A stretch of DNA of 64,000 nucleotides from Nostoc sp. DedSLP01 (GTDB taxonomy: Bacteria; Cyanobacteriota; Cyanobacteriia; Cyanobacteriales; Nostocaceae): positions 128,001 through 192,000 of the forward strand of contig JAVRCJ020000004.1 in assembly GCA_034530875.2 (NCBI GenBank), written 5' to 3'. Positions within the stretch are counted from its first letter, which is position 1. Each line of letters starts with the position of its first letter. The position numbers and the translations under genes were made by a program. Below, in pieces: positions 21,876 through 31,576 of this stretch. The notes under the pieces were generated by a model. That model saw nothing but the letters and a program-made list of their open reading frames with translations. It was not told the DNA's origin and searched no databases.

Positions 21876-22557
21876 ATTCTCTGGTAATCATTTTATTTTC
21901 TGGTTTGATTACATAGAGACCAGAGCGAATCTCCAATGTTGTCACCCAGTAACAACGTCTGTTTTGAACTATTGCTAGTTTCCAAGATTAACTCAACTTT
22001 CTTGACTTAGAACTATTTGTCCGGGAAATTTATCTGAGTTATTTTATGACTTTTTTTGAGATAAATGATAAAAATAATACGTGTCAAAATTAATTCTCTC
22101 TTTGTTGATTAGTATATCAATAAATTTACTTTTTATGATATTTTATTCTAGTTTTTGTTACTACTAGTATGACAAAAATACAGATACTGTTGATTGTAAG
22201 AGTTTAAATATTACAAAATTTTAGTGAAATTGAATACAAAAATACTTAAAATCCAGCACTCAAAATTTAAAATCAATAAATACTCATACTTATCTAAGTA
22301 AGACATTCATAAAAATTCAATGTAGATGAATAAAGATAAATTTATGTAGGGTGTGTTATGCCGTAGGCTAACGCACCCTTTAATCGTTCAGCATCAGATA
22401 CATGGTAGCAATAAACTCTACTAATTTATAAAAACCCCGATTAATCTTGTTTAGAAAGGGAATAGGAAACAAAAAATCCAGAATAAATAAGTAGAAGTAT
22501 ACTTACTTTTTCAAAAAACATAGGAGTATTATACCTACATAGCTACTGTCTAAAATA

Positions 22558-23850
22558 TTAAAAAATAAAAATTACTTGCAAGTTGAAGTTTTGCTCTTGG
22601 CGAACAATTTCAATTTTTCTAATAAATTCGCGGAAATAAAATCGTCGCTCTGTTTCTGATAAATCCAACCAGAATTGAGGAATAGAAACAGCAACAGCAA
22701 CAGAACGTAAATTAACTGGGGGAAGAATTGCTAATTTAGCTTCGAGTGCAGAAATTTCTGTACGGAGTTTATAAGCCCTTAACTTTGCTGTTTCGGTATC
22801 TAAAATTCCAGTTTCAACTAAATCGGGTAACTGAGCGAGTATTTCTTGCTGACGAGCGATCGCTTCACTTAAACTATTTTTGACTGCATCCAACTGTGGA
22901 AAATTCATTCCCGCTACAGCTAAGGGTAAGTCACGGCAAACTATTTCAATTGTCTGTTCTAAAACCTCTTGGTAAGCAATAGCCGGACACTTGGGGCGTC
23001 GCGGACAACTAACACAACGTAAATACAAATACTCTTTGTCTTGCTTGCGTTGAGTTACGCGAGTCACCGTTAGATGCGATTGACACTCGCCACAGACAAC
23101 CAACCCAGCTAAAGAACGTGGCGCACTAGCAGTACGTGATGGTAAACGGCTGTTACGGCGTAAAAGTCGGTCAACCTGGGCAGCTTCTTCCTTGGAAATG
23201 ATGGGAGTATGCGTATCGGAGATAATTTCACCGTTTTGGTAAGCTGTATTGCCGCGATAAACTGGATTAGTCAGCCAGCGTCGCCCAGTGGTAACAGAAA
23301 TTTTTTTACCGTATTTTTTCGCCAAGTAGCGGACTGAACCCCGCAAAGAACCATAGAGTAAAAAATTCTCAAAAAAATCCTTGACTACTGGTGAGGTACT
23401 GCGGTCAATGATATATTTTCCCTTGCCTCTGCGGTAGCCGTAAGGAACTTTGCCTGGTGGCGGCGCAGCGTCGAGCCGATTGCGGGCGTGTCCTTGACGG
23501 ATGCGACGACTGCGTTGTTCGCGTTGAATTGCATGTAGCAAACTCAGCAAGTCAGCCCGAAGAGGAGAATTTTCTGAAGTGTAGGGTTGTTCAGTAGCGA
23601 TTACCATCACTCCCATTGCTTCGAGTTCATTCAGGCGATCGCTTACTTCTTCTACAGTATCCCCCAATTCTTCCAATCGACGCACTAATAGATAATCTAC
23701 ACCTTCAGTTTGGCAATCTCTGAGTAATTGTTGTAATTGCGTTCGCTTGCCTAAATCTTGATAAACTCGATCGACTTCCCATCCCCAATCATCTTTATTG
23801 AGAGAAGATTCTAGTAAAGGATCGGTGTAACAATAGGCAATAATTTTCAT
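22558..23850 (-). CDS. Large-serine-recombinase-family protein, catalytic motif degenerate
   Basis: PYGY, WLTNPVYRG, HTPIIS, LAGLVVCGEC zinc ribbon, coiled coil; N-terminus AYCYTD in place of YxRVS. Confidence 0.85.
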   Translation of the reverse strand: MKIIAYCYTDPLLESSLNKDDWGWEVDRVYQDLGKRTQLQQLLRDCQTEGVDYLLVRRLEELGDTVEEVSDRLNELEAMGVMVIATEQPYTSENSPLRADLLSLLHAIQREQRSRRIRQGHARNRLDAAPPPGKVPYGYRRGKGKYIIDRSTSPVVKDFFENFLLYGSLRGSVRYLAKKYGKKISVTTGRRWLTNPVYRGNTAYQNGEIISDTHTPIISKEEAAQVDRLLRRNSRLPSRTASAPRSLAGLVVCGECQSHLTVTRVTQRKQDKEYLYLRCVSCPRRPKCPAIAYQEVLEQTIEIVCRDLPLAVAGMNFPQLDAVKNSLSEAIARQQEILAQLPDLVETGILDTETAKLRAYKLRTEISALEAKLAILPPVNLRSVAVAVSIPQFWLDLSETERRFYFREFIRKIEIVRQEQNFNLQVIFIF

Positions 23851-23922
23851 TCAGCATTGGGCATTGGGTATGGGGCATTGGACAGAGGCGCAAAAAAGAA
23901 TGGAGTTTTTATATTTGTTGAC

Positions 23923-24156
23923 GAGTATTAAAGGCTCATTAACGGAGTTCTGAGGTTCATTAATGAGTATCAAAGACTCATTAACGGAGTTCTGAGGTTC
24001 ATTAATGAGTATTAAAGGCTCATTAACGGAGTTCTGAGGTTCATTAATGAGTATCAAAGACTCATTAACGGAGTTCTGAGGTTCATTAATGAGTATCAAA
24101 GACTCATTAATGGAGTTCTGAGGTTCATTAACGAGTATCAAAGGCTCATTAATGAG
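23923..24156. repeat. Tandem array: 5.5 x 42 bp, i.e. 11 x 21-bp subunits
   Basis: Unit GAGTATYAAAGRCTCATTAAC-GGAGTTCTGAGGTTCATTAAT; TCATTAA recurs every 21 bp from 23936 to 24146. Confidence 0.95.
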
Positions 24157-24238
24157 TCTGCTCTACACCAATTTGCTAAATTATAGCTACTTACCCTTCC
24201 CCAATACTTAATGCCCAATGCCCCATATCCAATGCCCT

Positions 24239-24598
24239 TTACTGCTGACTCAATTCAACAATATTGCCATCTGGGTCTTGAGTAAACAGGGCAGGGCGGC
24301 CTGAGGCACTGGGTTGGATGGGATAATTATGATTGAGTAGCTCTTGTTTGGCGGCATCCAAGTCAGCAACAGAGAAGGCGAAGTGGGGGTTACGTCCCCA
24401 TTTTTCGTTTTGGTTTTGGGTGGGGACAGTTGGTGCAACTATGAGGTGAATTTGATAATTGCCGACTTGATACCATGCGCCAGCATATTTCAAAGAACGA
24501 TCTATTTTGGATAGCCCCAACACTGTGCCATAAAAATGTTCAGAGCGTTCTAAATCAGTCACGAGAATTGCTGTATGAAGACTTTGGGTAATCTGCAT
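24239..24598 (-). CDS. VOC/glyoxalase family protein
   Basis: LHTAILVTDL, HFAFSV, QDPDGNIVEL. Confidence 0.92.
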   Translation of the reverse strand: MQITQSLHTAILVTDLERSEHFYGTVLGLSKIDRSLKYAGAWYQVGNYQIHLIVAPTVPTQNQNEKWGRNPHFAFSVADLDAAKQELLNHNYPIQPSASGRPALFTQDPDGNIVELSQQ

Positions 24599-24631
24599 GT
24601 TGGTAGTGCGATCGCGTTTATTTAAATTTTG
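24582..24631 (+). repeat. Direct repeat copy A (VOC gene start plus HIP1)
   Basis: Matches 28169-28222 with 3 substitutions and one 4-bp indel. Confidence 0.9.
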
Positions 24632-24712
24632 GCCTAGTTTGCGACTTGCCGGAAGTAGGAAATAGGGGAGATGAGAAGGCAGGGGAAGCAGGGGAGAATA
24701 ATTAATAACTAA

Positions 24713-24803
24713 TAGACTTCTTGCATAAATCTTTTTTTATCTCACGCAAAGGCGCAAAGACGCAAAGAAAGGCGCAAGAATTAGGGCTTTTGCAAGAGGT
24801 CTA
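24713..24803. mobile_element. Small MITE-like element (TAGACTTCTTGCA/TGCAAGAGGTCTA ends, CGCAAAG internal repeats)
   Basis: 13-bp imperfect terminal inverted repeats inserted in a TAATGAC STRR run. Confidence 0.7.
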
Positions 24804-24936
24804 ATGACTAATGACAAACAGATATACTACTTTGCAACTATGCTGGGTATCCACCAGCTTGAAAAATCTGTTGGGCAGTTAAATTAACCTATAGAGCAAT
24901 CTTATCTTAGGAGTATATCAATATAACTATTTGACA

Positions 24937-26514
24937 TTACTCTGGTAATTTCTCTAATTCCTCCCGTGCGATCGCCCCCCAATATTCATCCTTATACTCA
25001 ACATATATCTCCAACGCTGTCTGCAAATTAACCCTCGCCTCTGGGTAATTTTCTTCTGCTTTTGCAAGCATTCCTAAAGCGTGGTAAGTGAGTGCTTGTG
25101 AATAGCGATCGCCAAATTCGATTTTAATTGCCAAAGCTTGTTGGTAATTGCGTCGTGCCTCCTCAAATTCCCGCAATGCTTGGGCAACTCTTCCCAACTC
25201 GTGATAGGTTCTAGCACAAGAATAGCGATCACCAAATTCGATTTTAATTGCCAAAGCTTGTTGGTAATTGCGCCGCGCCTCCTCAAATTCCCGCAAATAT
25301 TGGGCAACTATTCCCAACTGGTGATAAGTGCCAGCTTGCTCATAGCGATCGCCAAATTCGATGTAGATAGCCAAAGCTTGTTGGTAATTGCGCCGCGCTT
25401 CCTCAAATTCCCGCAAATCTTGGGCAACCATTCCCAACTGGTGGTAGGTGCTAGCACAAGAATAGCGATTGCCTATTTCTTGCTCAATTTCTAGACACTG
25501 TTGATAGAAATTTGTTGCCTGTGTAAATTGTCTCAAGTCTAGATAAGCATTCCCCAATTTAAATAAAGCAGCAGTTTCGCCGCGAGGGTTCTGAAGTTGC
25601 TGTGAAATACTTAAAGATTTTTGATAATAAGCGATGGCTGTATCAAATTGCCTTTGCTGAGAATAAGAATCTCCTAATGTGTTGAGGACTTCAGCATGGA
25701 AAGTGGAATCTGGAAACTCACTAGCTATTTTTTCGGCTTCTTCTAAATATTCTCTCGCTTTGATAGGTTCTCTCTTACTCAGATAAGCAACTCCTAACTG
25801 ATGCAAAATATTACTACAGTTGCGGAGGTTTTCTCCTATTGGATGATGTCCAGTAGGTTTATATTCCATTAGTAGGCGGTGTAATAAATCAATCCGTTCT
25901 TGCTTTTCTGGAGGTTCTAATCTATCTATAATTCTCTCAGTATTTTGAGCCTCATGAATCGCATTATCTTTGGTAATTTGAGGTGTATGAAACTGAAATA
26001 TCCCGGATTGCCAAGCCCAAAAATCAGGAGCGAATTTCGCTAACCGAGTCAGGGCATAATCTGGCAGAATAAACAAAATTGGATGAGGAACAGTTCTTTT
26101 ATAAGCATCTCGCACAAAGTTGAGGTCTTGTAAAACTGGCGGATAGTCTCCATAAACGCCAATAGACTTTTCTAAACCTTCGACGAGCAAGACTAATTTT
26201 TTGTTATCTTCTATCTCAATATTTGGTAATATCTTGACAATTTCATCTCTGAGGAATCGCAAATTTTCATCAGGAAATTTCAGATTCACAAACTGAATAT
26301 TCTGACATTCAGGATTTGTTTTTAGCGCGTCAATTAATATTTCTGCATCTGGGGGAAAATTAATTTCTACAAAACCAATGGTAAACTTTTCTGCAAAGTC
26401 TATAAAAGTGAGTAATTTAGCAAATACCTCTTGATTAAGCGCAATAAACGCCCCGATTTCTGAGCTAGGGTTGTGCTGCGAGTGCTGATTCGATCGCTTT
26501 TTGGAAGAATTCAT
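24937..26514 (-). CDS. TPR protein with N-terminal inactive NTPase-like domain
   Basis: N-terminal LLVEGLE...LNFVRD...PHPILF...APDFWAW domain; C-terminal TPRs including near-identical 40-aa repeats; overlaps upstream ATPase by 50 bp. Confidence 0.88.
   Translation of the reverse strand: MNSSKKRSNQHSQHNPSSEIGAFIALNQEVFAKLLTFIDFAEKFTIGFVEINFPPDAEILIDALKTNPECQNIQFVNLKFPDENLRFLRDEIVKILPNIEIEDNKKLVLLVEGLEKSIGVYGDYPPVLQDLNFVRDAYKRTVPHPILFILPDYALTRLAKFAPDFWAWQSGIFQFHTPQITKDNAIHEAQNTERIIDRLEPPEKQERIDLLHRLLMEYKPTGHHPIGENLRNCSNILHQLGVAYLSKREPIKAREYLEEAEKIASEFPDSTFHAEVLNTLGDSYSQQRQFDTAIAYYQKSLSISQQLQNPRGETAALFKLGNAYLDLRQFTQATNFYQQCLEIEQEIGNRYSCASTYHQLGMVAQDLREFEEARRNYQQALAIYIEFGDRYEQAGTYHQLGIVAQYLREFEEARRNYQQALAIKIEFGDRYSCARTYHELGRVAQALREFEEARRNYQQALAIKIEFGDRYSQALTYHALGMLAKAEENYPEARVNLQTALEIYVEYKDEYWGAIAREELEKLPE
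25101..25460 (-). repeat. Three near-identical 120-bp intragenic TPR-coding repeats
   Basis: Units begin at 25101, 25221 and 25341 and are directly alignable at the DNA level. Confidence 0.95.
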
Positions 26515-27808
26515 TTTGCTTCACCACTGGATTGGGGTAATTCCACCGTTTATCGCCGTTGTATTCCAAAACTGAAGTGTTAAACAGCATTAACTGACCG
26601 ATATCATCTTTACTGACATTTTTGGTGATACAAACTTGAGCTAAAAACGGATAATGTTCATCAGGAATAAACCTTTCAAAACTAAATTGCTGTTGTTTCA
26701 CAGCATAAATAACATCTTCGGCAAGAATTTTGGAACGTTTGCGAGTACTAGCACTTAGGCAAGCAGTCTGTATCATCTGCATTAATTGGCGAACATGTCC
26801 TCCACTGGCTTTTGCTAAATCTAACAATTCCTGGTGAGATTCAAATACAGCATCAATATCTACTCGCTTTCCAATAATGCTGGCTACCGCTTCTAGTCCG
26901 GTTTGATTGTAGTTTAAATGGCAGCGATCGCGTTCAAATTCATAAATATTCACCATTGGTACAATATGAGGACTACCATCAAACTGATTGAGGGGGTTTT
27001 TCGGGGAACAAAGCACAGAAATTGGCACTGTGTAAATTATCGTGCAATCTAGTTCTTGTAACTGAGCTGCATAGTCAAAAAATAAATGTTCTGCAATATT
27101 TGGTGGTACGCGATCCATGTTGTCAAAAATAATCAATAAACCTTTATATTGAGGGAATTTCCTTCTGAGTTTAACGTAGGCATCTCCTAATAAAAGGTTA
27201 ATATCTGCCTTTAGGCGTGATAAATCTTTTTCTAAAGTTTGGCGAATAGTAGTTTTTTGCTTATCAGAGCCTTTTATTTGTGCCAGTAATTTGACCATTA
27301 ATTTAGCAATAAATGGAGCTTCGGGTTTCAGAGTTGCTTCTCCCTGAATACTGACAGACCTTTCTACACTTTCTTCTGTTTCTTTGGTAATATCTTTAAA
27401 CCAAGATTCAAAATTTTCTAAAAGTTGAGTATCAAATTTTAAACCTAATTTACGTAACTCAAACTCTACTTGTTTGATGACGATTAAATATAAATCTGTA
27501 TAACGAGCATCATTAATATCTGTTTCTTCGTTAACTTCTAAATAAATTACGTGGTATTGTTGTTCCCATTGCTTTTGAATGCGTTTTAATTCTGTACTTT
27601 TGCCACAGCCGCGATGTCCGGTAAACAAAATTGTGCGGAAATCAGCGGGATTTTGAAAGTCTAAAATGTTACTAACTTCTTCAATTGCTGGAGTTTTGCG
27701 TACTGCTGATAAATCAACATAGTATCGCTCTATATCTTCACCCTCTAGCGGTTCAACATTACAAACTTGAAATGCATCTCTGAGAGTATTGGCACGCTGA
27801 TGATTCAT
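26465..27808 (-). CDS. P-loop ATPase (STAND/KAP-like, stand-alone)
   Basis: Walker A GHRGCGKST, Walker B LIIFDNMDR, SGGHVR motif. Confidence 0.9.
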   Translation of the reverse strand: MNHQRANTLRDAFQVCNVEPLEGEDIERYYVDLSAVRKTPAIEEVSNILDFQNPADFRTILFTGHRGCGKSTELKRIQKQWEQQYHVIYLEVNEETDINDARYTDLYLIVIKQVEFELRKLGLKFDTQLLENFESWFKDITKETEESVERSVSIQGEATLKPEAPFIAKLMVKLLAQIKGSDKQKTTIRQTLEKDLSRLKADINLLLGDAYVKLRRKFPQYKGLLIIFDNMDRVPPNIAEHLFFDYAAQLQELDCTIIYTVPISVLCSPKNPLNQFDGSPHIVPMVNIYEFERDRCHLNYNQTGLEAVASIIGKRVDIDAVFESHQELLDLAKASGGHVRQLMQMIQTACLSASTRKRSKILAEDVIYAVKQQQFSFERFIPDEHYPFLAQVCITKNVSKDDIGQLMLFNTSVLEYNGDKRWNYPNPVVKQNEFFQKAIESALAAQP

Positions 27809-28168
27809 TGGGTTTTGACTAAGTTTATAGATACGACTTTCTTAAGTTTAAATTTTAGGCGATCGCTGCGCCACTTTAAATTTGATAAAAGTTTACTTTT
27901 TAAATTAGCAAAATTTCGTGTTTTTTTATACCTTAATAAAGGAAATGACAATTTTGCTCTGAGTTTTCTTACCCAACACTGGATTGCACAGGAGTGGTTT
28001 TCTTAAACTGGCGATCGTTTACAAAGCGTGCTATTAAACAAAATTCGCGATTATAATAAGCTTTCTACCTAGCTACCAGACATACATAATTTACTTCACA
28101 CTTCTTAAAATCTGCTAAATAAATGCAAAATTATACTCACTTGTCAATCCTCTAAAAGAGAGAACAGG

Positions 28169-28222
28169 CTTTGGGTAATCTGTATATTGGTAGTGCGATC
28201 GCATTTATTTAATTAAATTTTG
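28169..28222 (+). repeat. Direct repeat copy B (decayed duplicate of VOC gene start)
   Basis: CTTTGGGTAATCTGTATATTGGTAGTGCGATCGCATTTATTTA...; the CAT start-codon position is mutated to TAT. Confidence 0.9.
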
Positions 28223-28968
28223 CGGGGAGTGGGAAGCAGGGGAGGCAGAGGAAGCAGAGGAGGCACAGGAGGATAACTAATAACTAATGACTAATGACTA
28301 ATGACTAAATCAATAAATTAGTTAGTATTAGTAGGATTGAAGTGAAATATTTGGGATTGGACTATTTATTCTTAAATCCAAAGTTATAATCTTTTGTCAA
28401 TACTCCAAAAGAAATATATGAATAATCTCAAGTTTATTTACTCTTAGCTACTCAAGCAATTGAGTCACAAAGTTCCTAATAATTGGCACTATGTAATTGT
28501 ACGGTGTTAAAGTTAAAAATGATGCATTTGTCCGAGATGAAATCCCAGAAAAACACTGAGTATTAGCAAATTCTGTAAATCCTGGCTCTACAGCCTTCTG
28601 TAGCGCTCAAACATTTGCAGCAATAGCTAAAATAGCGATCGGTAGTGCTGAATTATTAATTGTTATTTCTGATTCCTGAGTAGCTAGTTATCAGTGAGAT
28701 GATAATTTTATATAGTAATAATCTAAAGTCTTTTCTTTGTCTTTACTGAAATCTCTCGTTAAGATTCAGGAATCAAGAGCCAAAATTTAGAATGATTGGA
28801 AAATTAAGAGTGCTCTAGCTTACTGATTTTCTTCAAATTATTAGGCTTGGATATCAAAATTTTCTGAATTCTGGCTTGGAGAATTCACCAATTTTGAATT
28901 CTTATATCTTCTGTTTGCTCTAAATCCTCATTTTGCAACATCAGTCTCAAGTCTGTTTTCACACCACA

Positions 28969-31317
28969 ATGAAAGACCAAGTATTAGACCGGATTTTTAA
29001 TAAGCCTTCTTTCCCGCATAAATTTGAACGTTTGGAGTTGGATGATAATTTTTGCATTATAGATGCATCCGAACAAGTTCAAAGGTTTGCATATCGCCCT
29101 GAGGAGGCGATAGTAGGTAAAGATATCCGGCTAAGTTTTCCTGAGTTGAGTGGACTTGAAGATGTTTTAAAAGCTATTTTGTACGGTAAACAAGAACTGT
29201 TTGAATTACAAGGAATTAAACGAATTGCCGAGCAGAAATTTCATTTGTATATAGATATATATATTATTGGCGAACAATATGAAAAATTGCCAAATAAATT
29301 AATTATCTTGATTGAAGATGTTACCGATAGAATTATTTTAAAACAAAAGTTGGCACAGCAGACTAATGAAGCTAATCTGTTATCTCATGCTTTAACATCT
29401 TGTAAAAGTTACATGGAGCAAGTGATAGCTTCAATGGCAGATGCTTTTTTAGTAACTAATAATTTAGGCAAAATTATCAAAGTTAATCATACTGCTGAAC
29501 AATTATTTGGTTTTAGTGAGGAAGAATTCATCGACCAACATATATCATTAATAATTGACGATCGCGTAGTCATAAAAGCAATTCATCAACATTTTGCTGC
29601 TCGACAAAGTTTTCAAAATTTAGAGATAATTTGTAGAACCAAAACTAGAGAAAAACGCTTGATTGCTTTTTCTTGCTCGGTGATTGCTAAAAAAACAAAA
29701 GGTCAAGCAGATATTGTTTATATTGGTCGAGATATTACCGATCGCCAGCGTCGAGAACAACGTACAAGTACGCAGTATGCTATCACCCGCATTTTATCCG
29801 AATCTCACACTATAAAGCAGGCAATTCCGCAAATTTTACAGTCGATTTGTGAAAACTTGGGATGGGATTTAGGCGAACTTTGGACGTCAAGTCAATATAT
29901 CGGTAATTCGGTAAAGAGGCACACTGTTAATGCGGTATTAAGGTCTGTAGAAATTTGGTCGAGTCGAGTAGTTTCTGTTAGAGAATTTAAGGCGGTGACT
30001 TGGCAAACTACCTATACTGCTGGTGTAGGGTTACCTGGTGAAATTTGGATTAGCCGATCGGCCTTGTGGATTCAAGATATCACACAAGAAGAAGACAATA
30101 GGCGATCGCAAGCTGCTGCTGAAGCTGGATTGCACGCTGCTTTTGGGTTTCCCATCTTAGACGATAATGAAATCTTAGGGGTGATGGTTTTCTTTAGCCG
30201 AGAAATCCAACCAAAAGATACAGAACTCTTGCAAATGGTCGGTTCTATTGGCAGTCAAATCGCCCAATTTATCAAACGCAAACAAGCAGAAATTGCTCTT
30301 GTCGAAAGCGAACAAAGGTATCGAGATTTATTTGAAAATTCTAACGATTTGATTCAAGCTGTTAATGCCTACGGCCGTTTTTTGTATGTCAATCGTGCAT
30401 GGCGAGAAACTTTTGGATACAGCGAAGCTGAACTTGCCAATTTGAATGTTTTTGATATCATACATCCTAAGTTTAGACAATATTGTTGGCAAAAGTTTTA
30501 TCGGGTGCTTTGTGGAGAAAAGCTCGAACGAATCAAAGCCGCATTCATTAACAAAAACGGTGAGACAATCTTTTTGGAAGGTAACATTAACGGTAAATTT
30601 ATCGAGGGCCATGCAGTTGCTACTCATGGGATTTTTCGCAATATTACCCGGAATTTAGCATTAGAAAAAGTACTGCAACATCAACAAGAACAAACCGAGC
30701 TTTTGTTGCTGAATGTTTTGCCGGGAGCAATCTCGAAACGTTTAAAAGAACAACCAATTAGCATTAACCAAGAATTTGCTGATGTTACAGTTTTATTTGC
30801 AGATATTGTCGGCTTGAGCCAAATAGCCGCTTCTATGAGTGCGATTTATTTGGTAAACTTACTGAATTTAATTTTTTCAGCTTTCGATCGCCTCACCGAA
30901 CAATATAGTTTAGAAAAAATCAAAACTGTCGGCGATGCTTACATGGTAGTTGGCGGTTTGCCCGCGCAACGCCCAGATCATGCCCAAGCTATCGCTAAAA
31001 TGGCATTGGATATGCAAACAGCGATCGCTTTATTTAATGCTGAGAATAACCAAGACTTTAGCATCCGCATCGGTATTCATAGCGGTTTCGTAATGCCAGG
31101 AATAATCAGTTTGAAAAAGTTTACTGATGAACTCTGCGGAGATACGCTAAACATCGCCATTCGCATGGAATCTCAAGGCATTCCAGGAAAAATTCAAGTT
31201 ACAGAAAATACTTATAAACGCTTGTGTAATCAATTTTTGTTTGAAAAACGCGGCGAAATCGAAGTTAAAGGCAAAGGGAAAATAACGACTTATTGGTTGA
31301 TTGGGAATAGGGAATAG
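28969..31317 (+). CDS. PAS/GAF sensor class III adenylate/guanylate cyclase
   Basis: PAS-PAS-GAF-PAS; LLLNVLP, VLFADIVG, KIKTVGDAYM, NIAIRMES, VKGKG; ATG at 28969 preferred over TTG 28933. Confidence 0.9.
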   Translation: MKDQVLDRIFNKPSFPHKFERLELDDNFCIIDASEQVQRFAYRPEEAIVGKDIRLSFPELSGLEDVLKAILYGKQELFELQGIKRIAEQKFHLYIDIYIIGEQYEKLPNKLIILIEDVTDRIILKQKLAQQTNEANLLSHALTSCKSYMEQVIASMADAFLVTNNLGKIIKVNHTAEQLFGFSEEEFIDQHISLIIDDRVVIKAIHQHFAARQSFQNLEIICRTKTREKRLIAFSCSVIAKKTKGQADIVYIGRDITDRQRREQRTSTQYAITRILSESHTIKQAIPQILQSICENLGWDLGELWTSSQYIGNSVKRHTVNAVLRSVEIWSSRVVSVREFKAVTWQTTYTAGVGLPGEIWISRSALWIQDITQEEDNRRSQAAAEAGLHAAFGFPILDDNEILGVMVFFSREIQPKDTELLQMVGSIGSQIAQFIKRKQAEIALVESEQRYRDLFENSNDLIQAVNAYGRFLYVNRAWRETFGYSEAELANLNVFDIIHPKFRQYCWQKFYRVLCGEKLERIKAAFINKNGETIFLEGNINGKFIEGHAVATHGIFRNITRNLALEKVLQHQQEQTELLLLNVLPGAISKRLKEQPISINQEFADVTVLFADIVGLSQIAASMSAIYLVNLLNLIFSAFDRLTEQYSLEKIKTVGDAYMVVGGLPAQRPDHAQAIAKMALDMQTAIALFNAENNQDFSIRIGIHSGFVMPGIISLKKFTDELCGDTLNIAIRMESQGIPGKIQVTENTYKRLCNQFLFEKRGEIEVKGKGKITTYWLIGNRE

Positions 31318-31324
31318 GGCAAGC

Positions 31325-31572
31325 AGAGAGTGTGGGAGGTGTGGGGGGTGTGGGAGGTGTGGGAGGTGTGGGGGGTGTGGGAAGATGGGGAAGAAATCTT
31401 TCCCCCCTCTCTCCCTGCACTTCCCCATCTCGTCATTTCCTCGCTCTCTCCCCACACTCCCCACACTTCCCCATCTCCTCATTTCCCCCCTCTCTCCCCG
31501 CACTTCCCCATCTCGTCATTTCCCCCTCTCTCCCCACACTCCCCACACTTCCCCATCTCCCCACCTCCCCAA
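31325..31572. repeat. Low-complexity STRR block (GTGTGGGAG/CTCCCCACA-type, direct and inverted)
   Basis: Directly visible; explains four overlapping spurious ORFs. Confidence 0.9.
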
Positions 31573-31576
31573 CTCG

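Noticed and set aside
23923..24156. CRISPR array
   Set aside because: Units are contiguous tandem copies with no unique spacers, and there are no cas genes in the window.
22558..28222. Heterocyst-type excision element driven by the recombinase
   Set aside because: The recombinase lies outside the direct repeats, lacks the catalytic Ser motif, and no interrupted nif/hup gene is present.
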